This document shows positions 12,240 through 24,170 of a DNA stretch of 64,000 nucleotides, piece by piece. The DNA comes from Octopus sinensis. Taxonomy: Eukaryota. How positions within the stretch are numbered: position 1 is the first letter of the stretch; the number at the start of each line of letters is the position of its first letter. The DNA lies in contig NC_043005.1 in the NCBI RefSeq assembly GCF_006345805.1, forward strand, positions 64,108,001-64,172,000, in the 5' to 3' direction. The notes below the pieces were generated by a model, which was not told the origin of the DNA, searched no databases, and saw only the letters and a list, made by a program, of their open reading frames with translations. The position numbers and the translations under genes were made by a program.

Positions 12240-13150
12240 TATTTTCTTGGTCTCGGTCTTTACTTGAGCAAGTGTCAGTCTTTTCTTGGTTATATATTCG
12301 TCTTTTTTAGGTCTGATATTTGTACTTTCTTACTCTATTCTATGTCTTTTCTTTATCTCGTCTCGGCCTTTTCTTAATCTGTTCGAGCTTTTCCTTGGTC
12401 TATCCCAACCTTTGTTAATCTAGTTTTTGTTGTTTCTTAGTCTAGTCTCGGCTGTTTCTCGTTCTCGTCGCGGCCTCTTCTTGGTCTAATCTCAGTCTAT
12501 CTTAGTGTAGTCTCGATTTTATTTTGGTTTCGATCTCGGTCTGCTCTTGCTTATGTCTCCGTCTTTTTTTTTCTGCTCTCTGTGTCGTCTTGGTCTGTTC
12601 TTCATGCAGCTATGGTCTCGGACGTTTTTTGCCTTAACTCGGTTTTTTCTAGGGCTAACCGTAATGTGTGTTTCAGTCTCGTTTCGGTCTTTTCTCGGTC
12701 TTCTTTCTGTTTTTTTTTTCACCTGGTCTTAGTGTTTCTTCGATCTCCATCTTTACCTGATCAGGTTTTGGTGTTTCTTTTTTTTTTTACTCTGGTTTTG
12801 GTAATTTCTCGGTCATGGTGTTTTCTTGATCTGGTCTAACTCTTTTCCTGGTCTTTATTGTTATCGGTCTTTTCTTGATTTCATCTCAATCTTTCGCTTT
12901 TTGGTCTCAATGAATTTTCGGTCTCTGTCTTTTCATCACGTGGTGGTTTTCGTTGTGGCTTTCATCTCGGCCTTTTCATCGTGGTGGTTTTCATCTCGGC
13001 CTTTTCTCCGTACGGCATTAACCTCAGTCTCTTCGTTTGGATTCTATCCTCGTCTTTTCTTCGTTTTGGACTTCTTTGGACTTCCCTTTCGGTTTCTTTG
13101 TGATCTTAGTCTTTCCAGAATCGTTTATCGGGTCTCCTCTTTCTCTGAGT
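12240..13150. repeat. Degenerate pyrimidine-rich tandem array built on TCTTGGTCT / TCTCGGTCT motifs
   Basis: Dozens of variants of T(C)TYGGTCT at roughly 15-25 bp spacing; strong strand asymmetry. Confidence 0.75.
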
Positions 13151-14090
13151 GAGGTGAATGTAACATTATCACACGGGCTAATACAAATTAATCATAATTT
13201 TGGCGAGAGTCTAACAATAGATATTGAATTTCCCCTCGGTGAGACATAGGCGTTTCTATTTTTGCAAATTCGTGAAATTAAAATATTATTCTGAAATAAA
13301 TTTCATACTAAAACCTATATATTAAATTAACACAAATTTAATGAGTCGAAAACATTTACATTTTATATTAAATTATTTACTAATCAATATTTATAATATC
13401 ATTGCTAGACAGCTTACCTTACATGAACAGACATAAAATACACAAAAACACGCAATATAATTATACTTATATGTATGTATACATATATGGCGGCGGTTGT
13501 TGTGCGTGTGTTTGGTGGTTGGCTTGGTTGGAAAGAGGCTGCGAATATGGAAATGTATTTTTCTTTAAAAATAATGTTATTTACATCAAAGAAGTAAATA
13601 CCATTAACTTACTAATCGTTATCATTACATAAAGACGAACTGTAAGCCTTCCATTATTTTGCTTTGTTCCACTATTTTCAGGATTCATATCAGACAATTT
13701 AGTCTTCCACTCCTCCAGGCTCGATAAAACTAAGCCAGCCGTATACATCAATATAATGTAAATGTCTCTAAATAACTCCTTGCTCTTTTAGTGTCCGGTG
13801 CATGACTTTAGTTCCAGAACATTAAACACATGAAAAATTTATCTTGTTAAATAGAGTACTGCTTTATTACAGGCAACATTATCGCATAACCTAGTAAATA
13901 TTGTTAACAAGTTAACAACGAATTATAAGGTTTATAAACAAAACAGAATGGCGGCAGAGGATTTCAACACGATAATTCGTCTTTGTATGGAGTAACATAA
14001 GTTCACTGTAGACCTCTCCATTTGCTATTCCTCGTCTAAAAATGTGTATGAATCTCCGTGTGTATACATATATGTATTTGTATATGTGTA

Positions 14091-14130
<40 letters not shown>

Positions 14131-14252
14131 TGTGTGTGAACCATAACATGTCCGAAGGTATGAGAGGTGAGTATATTTATTTAACCATTTCACATTCTTA
14201 GGATTACGGCTGTTTCGCAGGCTTTATCATACATACATGCATACTATATATA

Positions 14253-14306
<54 letters not shown>

Positions 14307-14559
14307 TGGTTCTCTAAAGTCTCTTCCTTCCGTTCTAACCTGATCAATTGTCTCGCAGGAGTTAAAACAATTTCGGAAAGGAATGAAATGGCCGATTATA
14401 TAATACATTAGACTGACAGTTCATAACTTCTTTATAGTTATGTCACCCTCAGCTTACTCCTGATCAAAAGCGTCTGAGCCGTTACTAATCACCGACGTAA
14501 CAAACTAAGAGTATATTATTCGAACTGTTCTCCTTTTTCCAATCTTTATGTCACAAACT

Positions 14560-14790
14560 TTCAGTGTCCCGGGATTTTATTGTGTCGTGAAATGAAAATG
14601 CGTTGCGAGAGTTTAGTGTCTCAAGATTATTGTGCGTTACGAGATTTTAGCGTGTCACGAGACTTTAGTGATTTTCGTTAGCAGGGAAATTTTAAAGCGT
14701 ATCACAATATTTTCGTGTGCTCCGGTATCATATTGCTGAATGATAAATTATATTGATGTGTCGTAAAATTATCCGAGATCAAAATAATAT
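14560..14790. repeat. Degenerate ~19-20 bp minisatellite
   Basis: Variants of GTGTCACGAGATTTTAGC repeated. Confidence 0.55.
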
Positions 14791-15029
14791 ATTTCTGATT
14801 AAACATCGATTTCCAACTTTTACTGATAATACTTACTGTCATATACGTTAAATGGAACGTGTCGAGTAGAATATATTCTATTGAATAGATTACATTAAGC
14901 AGAATGCATTGAACAGAATACTTTACCCTGCATTCATGCTAGATGATTTTATTTTTTATTTAAATAATATAATTGTGGCAAATTGTGTTATTTTTGAGAT
15001 GCAAAAATATTCTTTTCTACTCTATGCAC

Positions 15030-15410
15030 AAAACCCGAAATTTTCGAGGATGGAGCTAGTCGATCAGATCGACCCCAGTATGCAATTGGTACTTAATTTA
15101 TCAACCCCGAAAGGATGAAAGGCAAAGTCGGCCTCGGCGGAATTTGAACTCAGAACGTAGCGGCAGACGAAATACCTATTTCTTTACTACCCACAAGGTT
15201 CTAATCATAGAGGGGACAAACAAGGACAGACAAACGGATTAAGTCGATTATATCGACCCCAGCGCGTAACTGGTACTTAATTTATCGACCCCGAAAGGAT
15301 GAAAGGCAAAGTCGACCTCGGCGGAAATTGAACACAGAACACAAAGACAGACGAAATACCGCTAAGCATTTCGTCCGGCGTGCTAACGTTCCTGCTAGCT
15401 CGCCGCCTTG
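15030..15410 (-). mobile_element. SINE family A, dimeric copy
   Basis: Two successive TGGTACTTAATTTATC.ACCCCGAAAGGATGAAAGGCAAAGTCG blocks (15087, 15271) and head CTAGCTCGCCGCC at ~15400. Confidence 0.9.
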
Positions 15411-15525
15411 AGATGCATAAATATTTTGACATCTAAAGTGGAAAGCATTGTAAGTATCATTTGAGTGGGGGTGGTTGCTCAAAAAATATGCATGTGTATA
15501 CATACATTCATACATACATACATAC

Positions 15526-15558
<33 letters not shown>

Positions 15559-15560
<2 letters not shown>

Positions 15561-15891
15561 GCTAAAATTTGCCTTGTTTATAATTATACCATATGTTACA
15601 TATTTATTATATCATACCTTGATATTGTGTGGACTAAGATACCCGTTGACAAGCTTCTGGTATTTATAGTGTTAAACACTTTCGGCATGCAAATTAGGGA
15701 CTCCTTCATAGAGTAACTGCTGCATTTGTTACGTATATAAACAGTTTGGCTGTTTGTTTCTCTAGTGACTGTCAGAATGGTGTGGACGTCTCTGATGAGA
15801 ATCCCATAAGTTTCGAAAATCGATTCAGTCTGCGGAGAAATGGCTAAATTTTGCCGTGTTTATAATCATACCATATGTTATATATATTATA
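15559..15891 (+). mobile_element. ~282-bp unit with ~52-bp direct terminal repeats containing a hammerhead-like core (partial tandem pLTR or retrozyme-like)
   Basis: TGGCTAAA.TTTGCC.TGTTTATAAT.ATACCATATGTTA at 15559 and 15841; core at 15792-15826. Confidence 0.6.
15783..15833 (+). ncRNA. Type I hammerhead-ribozyme-like motif (weak stem I)
   Basis: CTGATGA (15792-98), GAA..TTC stem II, GAAA (15815-18), palindromic ATCGAT, TC. Confidence 0.5.
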
Positions 15892-16239
15892 GTTTGCATG
15901 TTCGGCGCGGGAAGAGTGTCATTGTCTCTAATTTTGAAACATCATGTAAAACTGCGACTTTCGAATCGTCTCCATGTCATAAATATGAGCAACAATGCAC
16001 GTATTGTGAATTTAGCCATGCGTCGAAATGTGCGCGAGATGATACGTAATAATCACAACTTTATTGCAGCCAATTAGCATTTAACATTTTGTGGTCCATT
16101 TGTCTCTTTGTATTACATATTTTGAATCGATATTTTAAAATGCATGACAAGTTATCCCTCTGACAATCGTTATTGCCGGCCAAACAATAGTTAATTTTTT
16201 ATAGAAACAGAGCATGTATGTGAGGGGGGGGGGCGACTT

Positions 16240-17720
16240 TTGTTGAAATTTATAAAATCTGAAACAACTCTAAGCATGAGGAACACGGTAAACCAAAATG
16301 ACTTTGCATTTAGAGAAGAGAACAGTTTTAAATGAAGTTTTATACAGATAGCAATCTCTTTAAACAAGATGTATTAATGAAAATACTTATGTAATTCAAA
16401 CAATTTATGAAGTGTGTGCGAATTACTGCATAAAATAGTCAAACCACTTATCTAAAGCAAATTTATTTAATAGTTACCGTAGCACAAATTGCAATTCTAG
16501 TAAATGTCAGATTGTTTGAGAATATTAGTTTAGTTGAGAGAGTAGTTTCCGATCATATAAAAGACATCACTAATGATATCCAAGTATCCTTCAAACAAGC
16601 AGCATCATAATTTGTCTTTCAAGTCATATCTGTAAATGAGATAAGGTACAGAATAAATATGACCAAGATGTGTGTATTTGTACGGTAGACTTTATGATGC
16701 AAAAATTATTTGCTTTAAAATCAACGCATCTGTCAATCAGAGAAGGAGATTGTTTTTCTGAAGTTAGATTAGCAACGAATGATTTCTATTTTACATGCAA
16801 AAACCATGATGAAGTTGTTATTGCCGTTGTTGTTCAGCCTGGGTCAGTCGTAATCAAATGTATTCCAAATGAAATCAAATGTATACAATCAAATGTATTC
16901 CAATCATGAACACTCTGTCTTTTGGGCGAATACAGTATACCCAGGACCACATCATCCAGTGTGCTTTGGTTTTCTAAGATGGTAGCGTATGATTGAAAAT
17001 TAGCTGCTGTTTCTATCAGATCAAGTGTAGAGGCAGATGTTGCGTCATTTGTGGTAGATTCTAAAACAAATGACTCAACGCGTTAATCAGGAAAGAAACG
17101 AGAACCATCGCAAATATTCTGATAGTTTAATAGCGTGTCATTGTCTTATTCACCAGTAAATTTTATGTTCACATTTTCTGAGAATGAATAATGTGATGAA
17201 AGTGCTAACATGTATAAACTTCATAAATGAAATAAGAGATTGAACAACAAAGACTTCAAAACTATTTTGAGGAACCTTGAAATGAAATATGGTGATTTAT
17301 TGGAACCATTAGGAGGTTCGCTGACTCATCGAAGAGTGCCCAATCAATCGCTTCTGTGAGCTGAAAGATGAAAGATGAAACTTTTCATGACATTAAAGGC
17401 ATTCCCCATTATGTAACTAGAAGACCAAAAATGTTATTTGATAACTTTGATCGATATCACTTGCCATTTAAATGATCTAACTTTGAAATTACAAGGCCGA
17501 TGTAACGTATTACATTTTTTCTTGCCAACATCAAGAGCTTTGAATCAATGCTGCAATTGCTCATAGCAAAGCCGAAAACACACTCGTGATACATTTTCCC
17601 ACACTGAAAGAAAGGAAACAAAAAGAGATGGTAAGAATGTTTTAGACTAATTTAATCTTTCAGATCGATTCTGAAACGGGTTTCGAGATTTAAAAAATAC
17701 TGGGCTAGGACAAGAAATAT
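16240..17720 (+). mobile_element. Decayed hAT transposase (GTF2IRD2/SPIN/Charlie-like), interrupted by a family D repeat at ~16830-17040
   Basis: Manual translation near 17135-17330: ACHCLIHQ*ILC..MNNVMKV..INFI..LNNKDFKTILRNLEMKYGDLL..EVR*L, matching the hAT HCxxHQ and EVRWLS motifs. Confidence 0.75.
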
Positions 17721-17929
17721 AAGTGATTTCTTTGATGTGGTAAGGCAAAACCAAACTCTTCATTTGGATTGACAGTTGATTTCTTTAACATCGCATAATA
17801 CACCTGTATCTAACTATATATTCTGAAATAATGCTAAGTAGATATTGAACAATATCAACTTTTATGGAATCACGAATTGAAAATTGCCTCAATATTTCCT
17901 AATACACAAGGGTTAATAGATTTCCTTAG

Positions 17930-18860
17930 TTTTTAACTCAACCACGTACCACCGATAAAATCACGATTAACTATCATTAATGTCAATAAATTTCAACCAC
18001 AATCAATATAGCAGTCTGCTGCCATCGAAATAACAACCGCTACCAACTTTCAATATAATAAGTAACCATTAACTACATAGAAACTGATTCTCAAAAAAGC
18101 AATCAACCATCCTAACAAAGACCAACTATCATTAAGATTATGACCAGCCATTAAACTAACGAGCAATTACCATCAAAATAACGACGAACGATCTTTAAAA
18201 TAAGAATTAACTAGCATAAAAATAGCAACCAACCATTAAAATAACAGCACATATCATCAAAATAATAATAAACTATCTAATAATGATCATCCAATATCAA
18301 AATAACAATCAGCTACGATCAAAATAAGGATCAACCATCATCAAAATAAAAATCAACAATCGAAATATTAAGCCGTTATCACAATTATAACTAGCCAGTA
18401 TCCAAATTACAATTAACCATTATTAAAATAACCACCATCCATCACAATAACGACGAGCCATCAAAAATAATGACCAATCATCATCAATAAAACGTCGAAT
18501 GATAATCAAAATAACGAGTAACCATTATCTAAATAGCGAGCAAAGCCCACCATTAAAACTGATCAAAAAGCATTAAAATAATGAGAGAAAAAAGCACCAT
18601 TAAATCAGCGATTGATCCGCATCAAAATGACGACCGATCCCCAACAAAATAACTTCGAATCATCATCAAAACAAGGTCCACCAACAAAATACCGACAAAC
18701 CCTTATCCAATAACAACAAGGCCTCAAGCTAATCCATCATCAAAATAATGACGATCCTCAAAATAATGACCACTATCAAAGATATCAGCCTACCACTGTC
18801 AAAATAACCAGTAACCATCAATTTAACGATCATCACCAGCCATCATCGCTCAACAAAATT
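17930..18860. repeat. Degenerate A/C-rich minisatellite (~22-25 bp unit, CATCAAAATAACAACCAACCAT-like)
   Basis: Recurrent CATCAAAATAA/CATTAAAATAA blocks along ~900 bp; G-poor plus strand. Confidence 0.75.
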
Positions 18861-19289
18861 CTATTTTATGGCAAGATAGTTTCTCTTCGTTGCGTAACAT
18901 CTATTTTTTTATTCGATAAAACTGATACTCTGATCCCTCGTCTTAATCTTAAAGTTATTCTGATTCTTATTTTCTTTTTACTTTTCTTATTCTCTTATTC
19001 TTATTCTCATTTCTATTATTCAATTCCTGCTTCCTTTCATATACTTATTTTCATGACTCATTTATTCGTGTTTCTTAGTTTTACTTTTATTATCATGATT
19101 TCTTTTTATTGTTTGGTTTTTGTTTTCTTTTTTATTCTTATTCTCATTCTTATTCTTATTATTCATCATTTCCCTATTTTGTTTCTCACAAATTCTTATT
19201 CCTAATGGTTTTATTTATCCATTCTTTTTTTGTAATCCCTTTCTTGGTTTTTATATTTTTACACTTTCAGTTAATGAAGTATATATTTG

Positions 19290-19429
19290 CATCATCGTCA
19301 TCCTCATCATCATCATCATATGATCGTCCCATCGTTACACCTCTACCACTATCATCATCATTACCACCACCAACAACATTACTACCCTTATCATCATCAT
19401 CATAATCACCATCGTCAACATAATTATTA

Positions 19430-19463
<34 letters not shown>

Positions 19464-20110
19464 CATCATCATCATCGTCATCATCACTATTATCAACGTT
19501 CATTTCTGATTCGTAGTATTCAACTCTCGTTTTATTTTATCTTATATTATTCTTCCTGTGCCAATTTTTAATCATATTTTTTAGCCTTTTTCTTATTTCT
19601 TTTATCATTATCCTTTATTTATTCCGTTTCCAATTTTCTTTCTTTTCTGTTTTTTTTTCTCTATTTCATCTATTTTTTCTATTTTCCTTTTCTTATTTCC
19701 TTCTTTATATTACTTTCCCTTTTATTGTGTAATGTGGTATTATCACACATCATCTCATGTGATTCTAGTTTTGTCGTATCTTTTTTTCTGTTTTTTTTTT
19801 CTTTTTCCTTGCATTGACAATTTTTCTTTCTTCCCCACCGCAATCCCTACCTTGATGCAACAGCACCATCAAAACCTTCAATGCTATCATCTCCATCACT
19901 TCTGCAAAAATGCTATCATCATCACCACCATCACTGCCACTATTAGCTCTGTTATCACCACTTCTATCATCACCACTACTATCACAACTGCTGCTATCTT
20001 CCCTGCCATCAGTAGTACCATCATACCATCATTGTTATCATCGCTTCCATTATTCCCCTCATCAGATCACCACTTGTATCATTAGCCATCATACCCACTA
20101 ATAACAACAC
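19290..20110. repeat. (CAT)n/(TAT)n/(CAC)n triplet low-complexity region
   Basis: Direct observation; source of the poly-H/D/N/T ORFs. Confidence 0.85.
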
Positions 20111-20157
20111 CACCGTTACTGATCCTACAAGAGCATTCCTGCCATCAGGAATATCTT

Positions 20158-20198
<41 letters not shown>

Positions 20199-20393
20199 TA
20201 ACAAAGATGTATAGATGCCAAGTCATTACGGCCGTTTCAAGCGACACCTTTAATTGATTAATGAAGGAAAACATTGCAAAGAGACCATTTTCGTCAGGTG
20301 ACTGCGTAGACTTTAAACGCAAAGGACAAACCAGCTGCTTTAACATATTTACATCACCAATGGGGCTCAAAATATTTACATTGATACTGCTGC

Positions 20394-20452
<59 letters not shown>

Positions 20453-22789
20453 CAGTTGGGTCGTGTTATCTGCAGACACTGCAAGAATATCAAGTTCAAA
20501 CACTTCTGCAGAGAGACTGATATTCACCTGACATTGGGTGTGCTGATTCACAAAGTTTTCATCAATTGAGCCTATTGCTGCACAAAACAGCGATGTATTT
20601 CCTGCTATTTGACACCTTTTGAGAGTTAATTGAACTGGGTCATTAAATGATAAGTATATAGACCAGAGGTTACATCACATTTCTTCTGACAGAATACAAA
20701 TTTCTGGTCCGTTGATTGGTAGTCCGACAAAATGGTAGCGTTCCACAGCTAGTACGATATTTCAGTAACACAGTGAAACACCAATTATCTATTTCGATGA
20801 TTAATCACTAACCTTAATTCCAGATTGATTATTTCCATTTCAGTTATATTACCTTCCAGTAACATCGAGGTTAATGAGTCTGAAATGTACTTTTATGAGG
20901 ACTGGACGGATGACTTATCAAGAACTTTCCAATATCTGTGAACTGTGTTTTGGCAGAAAATGTTACGTATTGCGTTAGATCATTTGAATTTAGAGTCGAT
21001 TTTTTGCACTTTCTGAATTTTTCTGCTTTTCATCAAGGATTCTACAAAGTAATGACTAGTAATGTACTCAGTTGTCATGGTGAAATTCTACGCTCAGCTT
21101 GTCAGAATTTTTATCATATTAATAATCTTCTTATTGGAGTATGACATGTATACATGTATTTTAGCTTTGAAAGATGATTATAGATAAGCTTTTTGTAAAA
21201 TGATATTGCAGGTCATTTTTTTTACGTTCATCACATTTCTGCTAAAGTCCTGTTGTATAAAGCTAAAATCCTGTTGTATCCTTTAGTGATAAAGCATGTC
21301 ATAGGTTAGCCACATTTGTGAAAGAGTATAATCAATCAATAATATACCTCTAAATAATAATACGTTTTGGAAAACAACGAAGCACTCTTTGTATGGCTGC
21401 TTGATTGATAGAAGTAACAGCCAAATTTCCCTCAAATTACAGCCTTACCATCTTAATAAAGAAACCCTTGATAATGTGGCTTAGTAAACATAAGGCATGA
21501 AAAATGGAATGGCCACTGTTGGAACGTCGTGAATCATATTCTTTCTATGTCAAAGCTTGCCTATGGCTAAGCAGCAATAACAAATTGGATTTGCATCAAA
21601 CCAAGAAAAATCAATAATTTTATCCATAAACCTATTTCATGTGCAGTTTTGGTATCCTTGTAGTAAAATCTTCTGAAGCGTTTGTTTGCACAAGTATGTT
21701 GATATTGAGTTAAAAGATAAACTTAGTCTCTTTTGTTTCAATAATAAAAAATATGCTGCTTTGTAAACCTAACATAATACACTTCCAATATCTTATGTAA
21801 CTAAACACTTTCAATATTCTCAGCTTGATCCCTTTTCTGTTTAGATTAGTAAACAAAAACACAGTAGCTTACTGCAGATTATAACCGATCCATCATCATC
21901 GTGGCTATCACCATCATCGTCGATATCACCATCATCATCACCATCACCTGACTTATTCTCATAATTGCCACCACTACCATAACAATCATCATTATCATTC
22001 TCATGTGGAAGAACTATACTGAAATGTACTTCATTTTCAAATAAAAACATTTTTTTGAAATTCAAGCTTCTGCTGTTTGCATTATAATCTTTTTGTTTCT
22101 GCTTAAATTAGTTTAGCATTTTTTATTCTTAAAATATAATCTTCATATAGACGAAAAGCAGCTATATGGTATACCAAGTTTACAGTCAAGTTACCAATAA
22201 CGTTAGATATTAGAATCTTGAATAATTTATTACGTTCGTTTCTTCTGAGTTTGAAAAAATATTGAATTTCTTCCAATATATTGTTTTATGGGTTGTTTTC
22301 GTCGTTTTTCTTGTTTATTTTCTGTTTTCTTCTAGCTCTATAACTCTATTGGGGATTTTTTTTTGTCTTGGAAGTAATATAAAAACAAATCCAATAAAAG
22401 AAAAAGAATCATCCTCAGAATTTCGAATTTATATTTCAGATACTTATTCTGCCAATATAAGCAGATTATTTTTTAAATATATTTTATGCTGTAACAGCCT
22501 TTAAGTAATCTGTAGTTCCTAGCAGTAATAATTCATGCATAAAATATTGGAATATTACATTCCAATTAAAATAATGAATATTTTAAATAAATATTTTAGC
22601 ATATTTACAAAACAGCTTCATTTGATTTAATTTTATTAAAAGATATTGTCTGAGATTCTTTAGAAGTGCTTTTCATTTTTCTTTTTTTTCAAAGTTTGAA
22701 GGGAGCCTTAACGGACAAAAATAAATTGATGAACTGTAGAGATGTGATAGATATATTAACTAGCCTAGTAAAGATTAGTATTGTGCAAA

Positions 22790-23105
22790 TGCATTCTGGC
22801 ACTCCGTCAGTTATGACAACGAGGATTCCAGTTAATCCGATCCACGGAATGGCTTGCTCATGAAATTAATGTACAAGTGGCTGAGCACTCTACAGACATG
22901 CGTACCCTTCACGTAGTTCTCAGGGCGATTCAGCATGACACAGGATGTGGCAAGGCTGGCCCTTTGAAATACATGTACTACTCGTTTTTGCCTGCTGAAT
23001 GAAATAAAGTATCTTGCTGAAAGACACAACGTGCTACTTGAAATCGAACTCACAACGTTACGATCGTGAGCCGAACACCCTAACCACTAAACCACGCACC
23101 TTCAC
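22790..23105 (-). mobile_element. SINE family C (tRNA-derived)
   Basis: Minus strand head GCGTGGTTTAGTGGTTAGGGTGTTCGGCTCACGATCGTAACGTTGTGAGTTCGATT (A and B boxes); body shared with 32162-32600. Confidence 0.88.
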
Positions 23106-23879
23106 TTGTATAAATGTTATAGATGTATTAATTGGCTTAGCAAACAGATATATTAAAGTCTCAGCGAAACTATTTCTTGTGAATTGAAACATAACCATGT
23201 TCAAAGCACTTGTGCATTAAATATACGATATAAGGAAGACTCGACTTGCCAAAAACAGTATCTAAATCTTCCCGAAACCAGATTCCAACGCCTTAACATT
23301 TAGGTCTGGGTACTTGGATACTTATCTAAAATTAAGATGTCATGGCTGGAATGCTTTTTACCACAAGTCTGCTCATTAAGAGCCCTCTTGGAGCTATATA
23401 ACAACTATGTAGGAAATTTCTCCTCTTGCCATATACCTACCATCTGATAAGGAAGTACAAAAGGTAAGTGTAGCTTAGTTTTCAGCAACGACTTCATCCT
23501 TGTTGAGTTACCTCGTATTTTTGCAGAGTTGAATATATAACACCTCACGGGAAATTGATTTATGATAGATTAGCGCCTATCTAGAGAAATATCTGTTTCT
23601 CACTTGGTTATTATGACAGAAATTGAAACTAAACACCAAAACCGTGAGATGCTGTGACTTCTGCTAAAAGGATTAACTATTTAACAAATTGTTAAGAGCA
23701 TATGCAGTGATTGATGGCGCATCATTAATGCGTGGATCGTAAATGAATAAATAAATAATAGAAATAGCGAATCATACTTAGACGCACATTTGTTTATATT
23801 TTAATAAGTCATCGTCCATTACTCACAATATGTATCCAGAGGAGATATAAGTGGTCTGTGATGAATCGTGAAATAAAAA

Positions 23880-24170
23880 TTAAACAGATCGGTCGGATTC
23901 TCCTCCCAAGCTGCTGAACAGGCCTTAATGGGGTTTTAATTTTGCAACAACACTAGAGTTCATACAGTGGTTTACTAAAAGATGGAGCATCGGTGGTTTA
24001 TTTATTATCACCTGTGCTAGATTTTGTGTCCACAATCAAAAAAGGCTCAATCGCAACTAGTCCATGTAATCAGTCTTGAAACAGGGTCAAGTATTATCAG
24101 TTGTAGCTATTTTGCTGCTGTATTAAGGCCTGTTCAGCAACTGGGATGTGCATTCAATCGATCTGTTTAA
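23880..24170. mobile_element. MITE with ~50-bp imperfect TIRs, bounded by TTAA on both sides
   Basis: TTAAACAGATCG...CCCAAGCTGCTGAACAGGCCTTAAT vs ATTAAGGCCTGTTCAGCAACTGGG...CGATCTGTTTAA. Confidence 0.75.

Noticed and set aside
17930-18860. CRISPR-like repeat-spacer pattern (also 12240-13150)
   Set aside because: Units are degenerate and contiguous, no unique spacers or cas genes, eukaryotic context
20460-21330. Possible decayed transposon coding sequence
   Set aside because: No motif could be assigned by eye
22790-23105. tRNA genes at SINE heads
   Set aside because: A/B boxes run into SINE bodies with no complete cloverleaf
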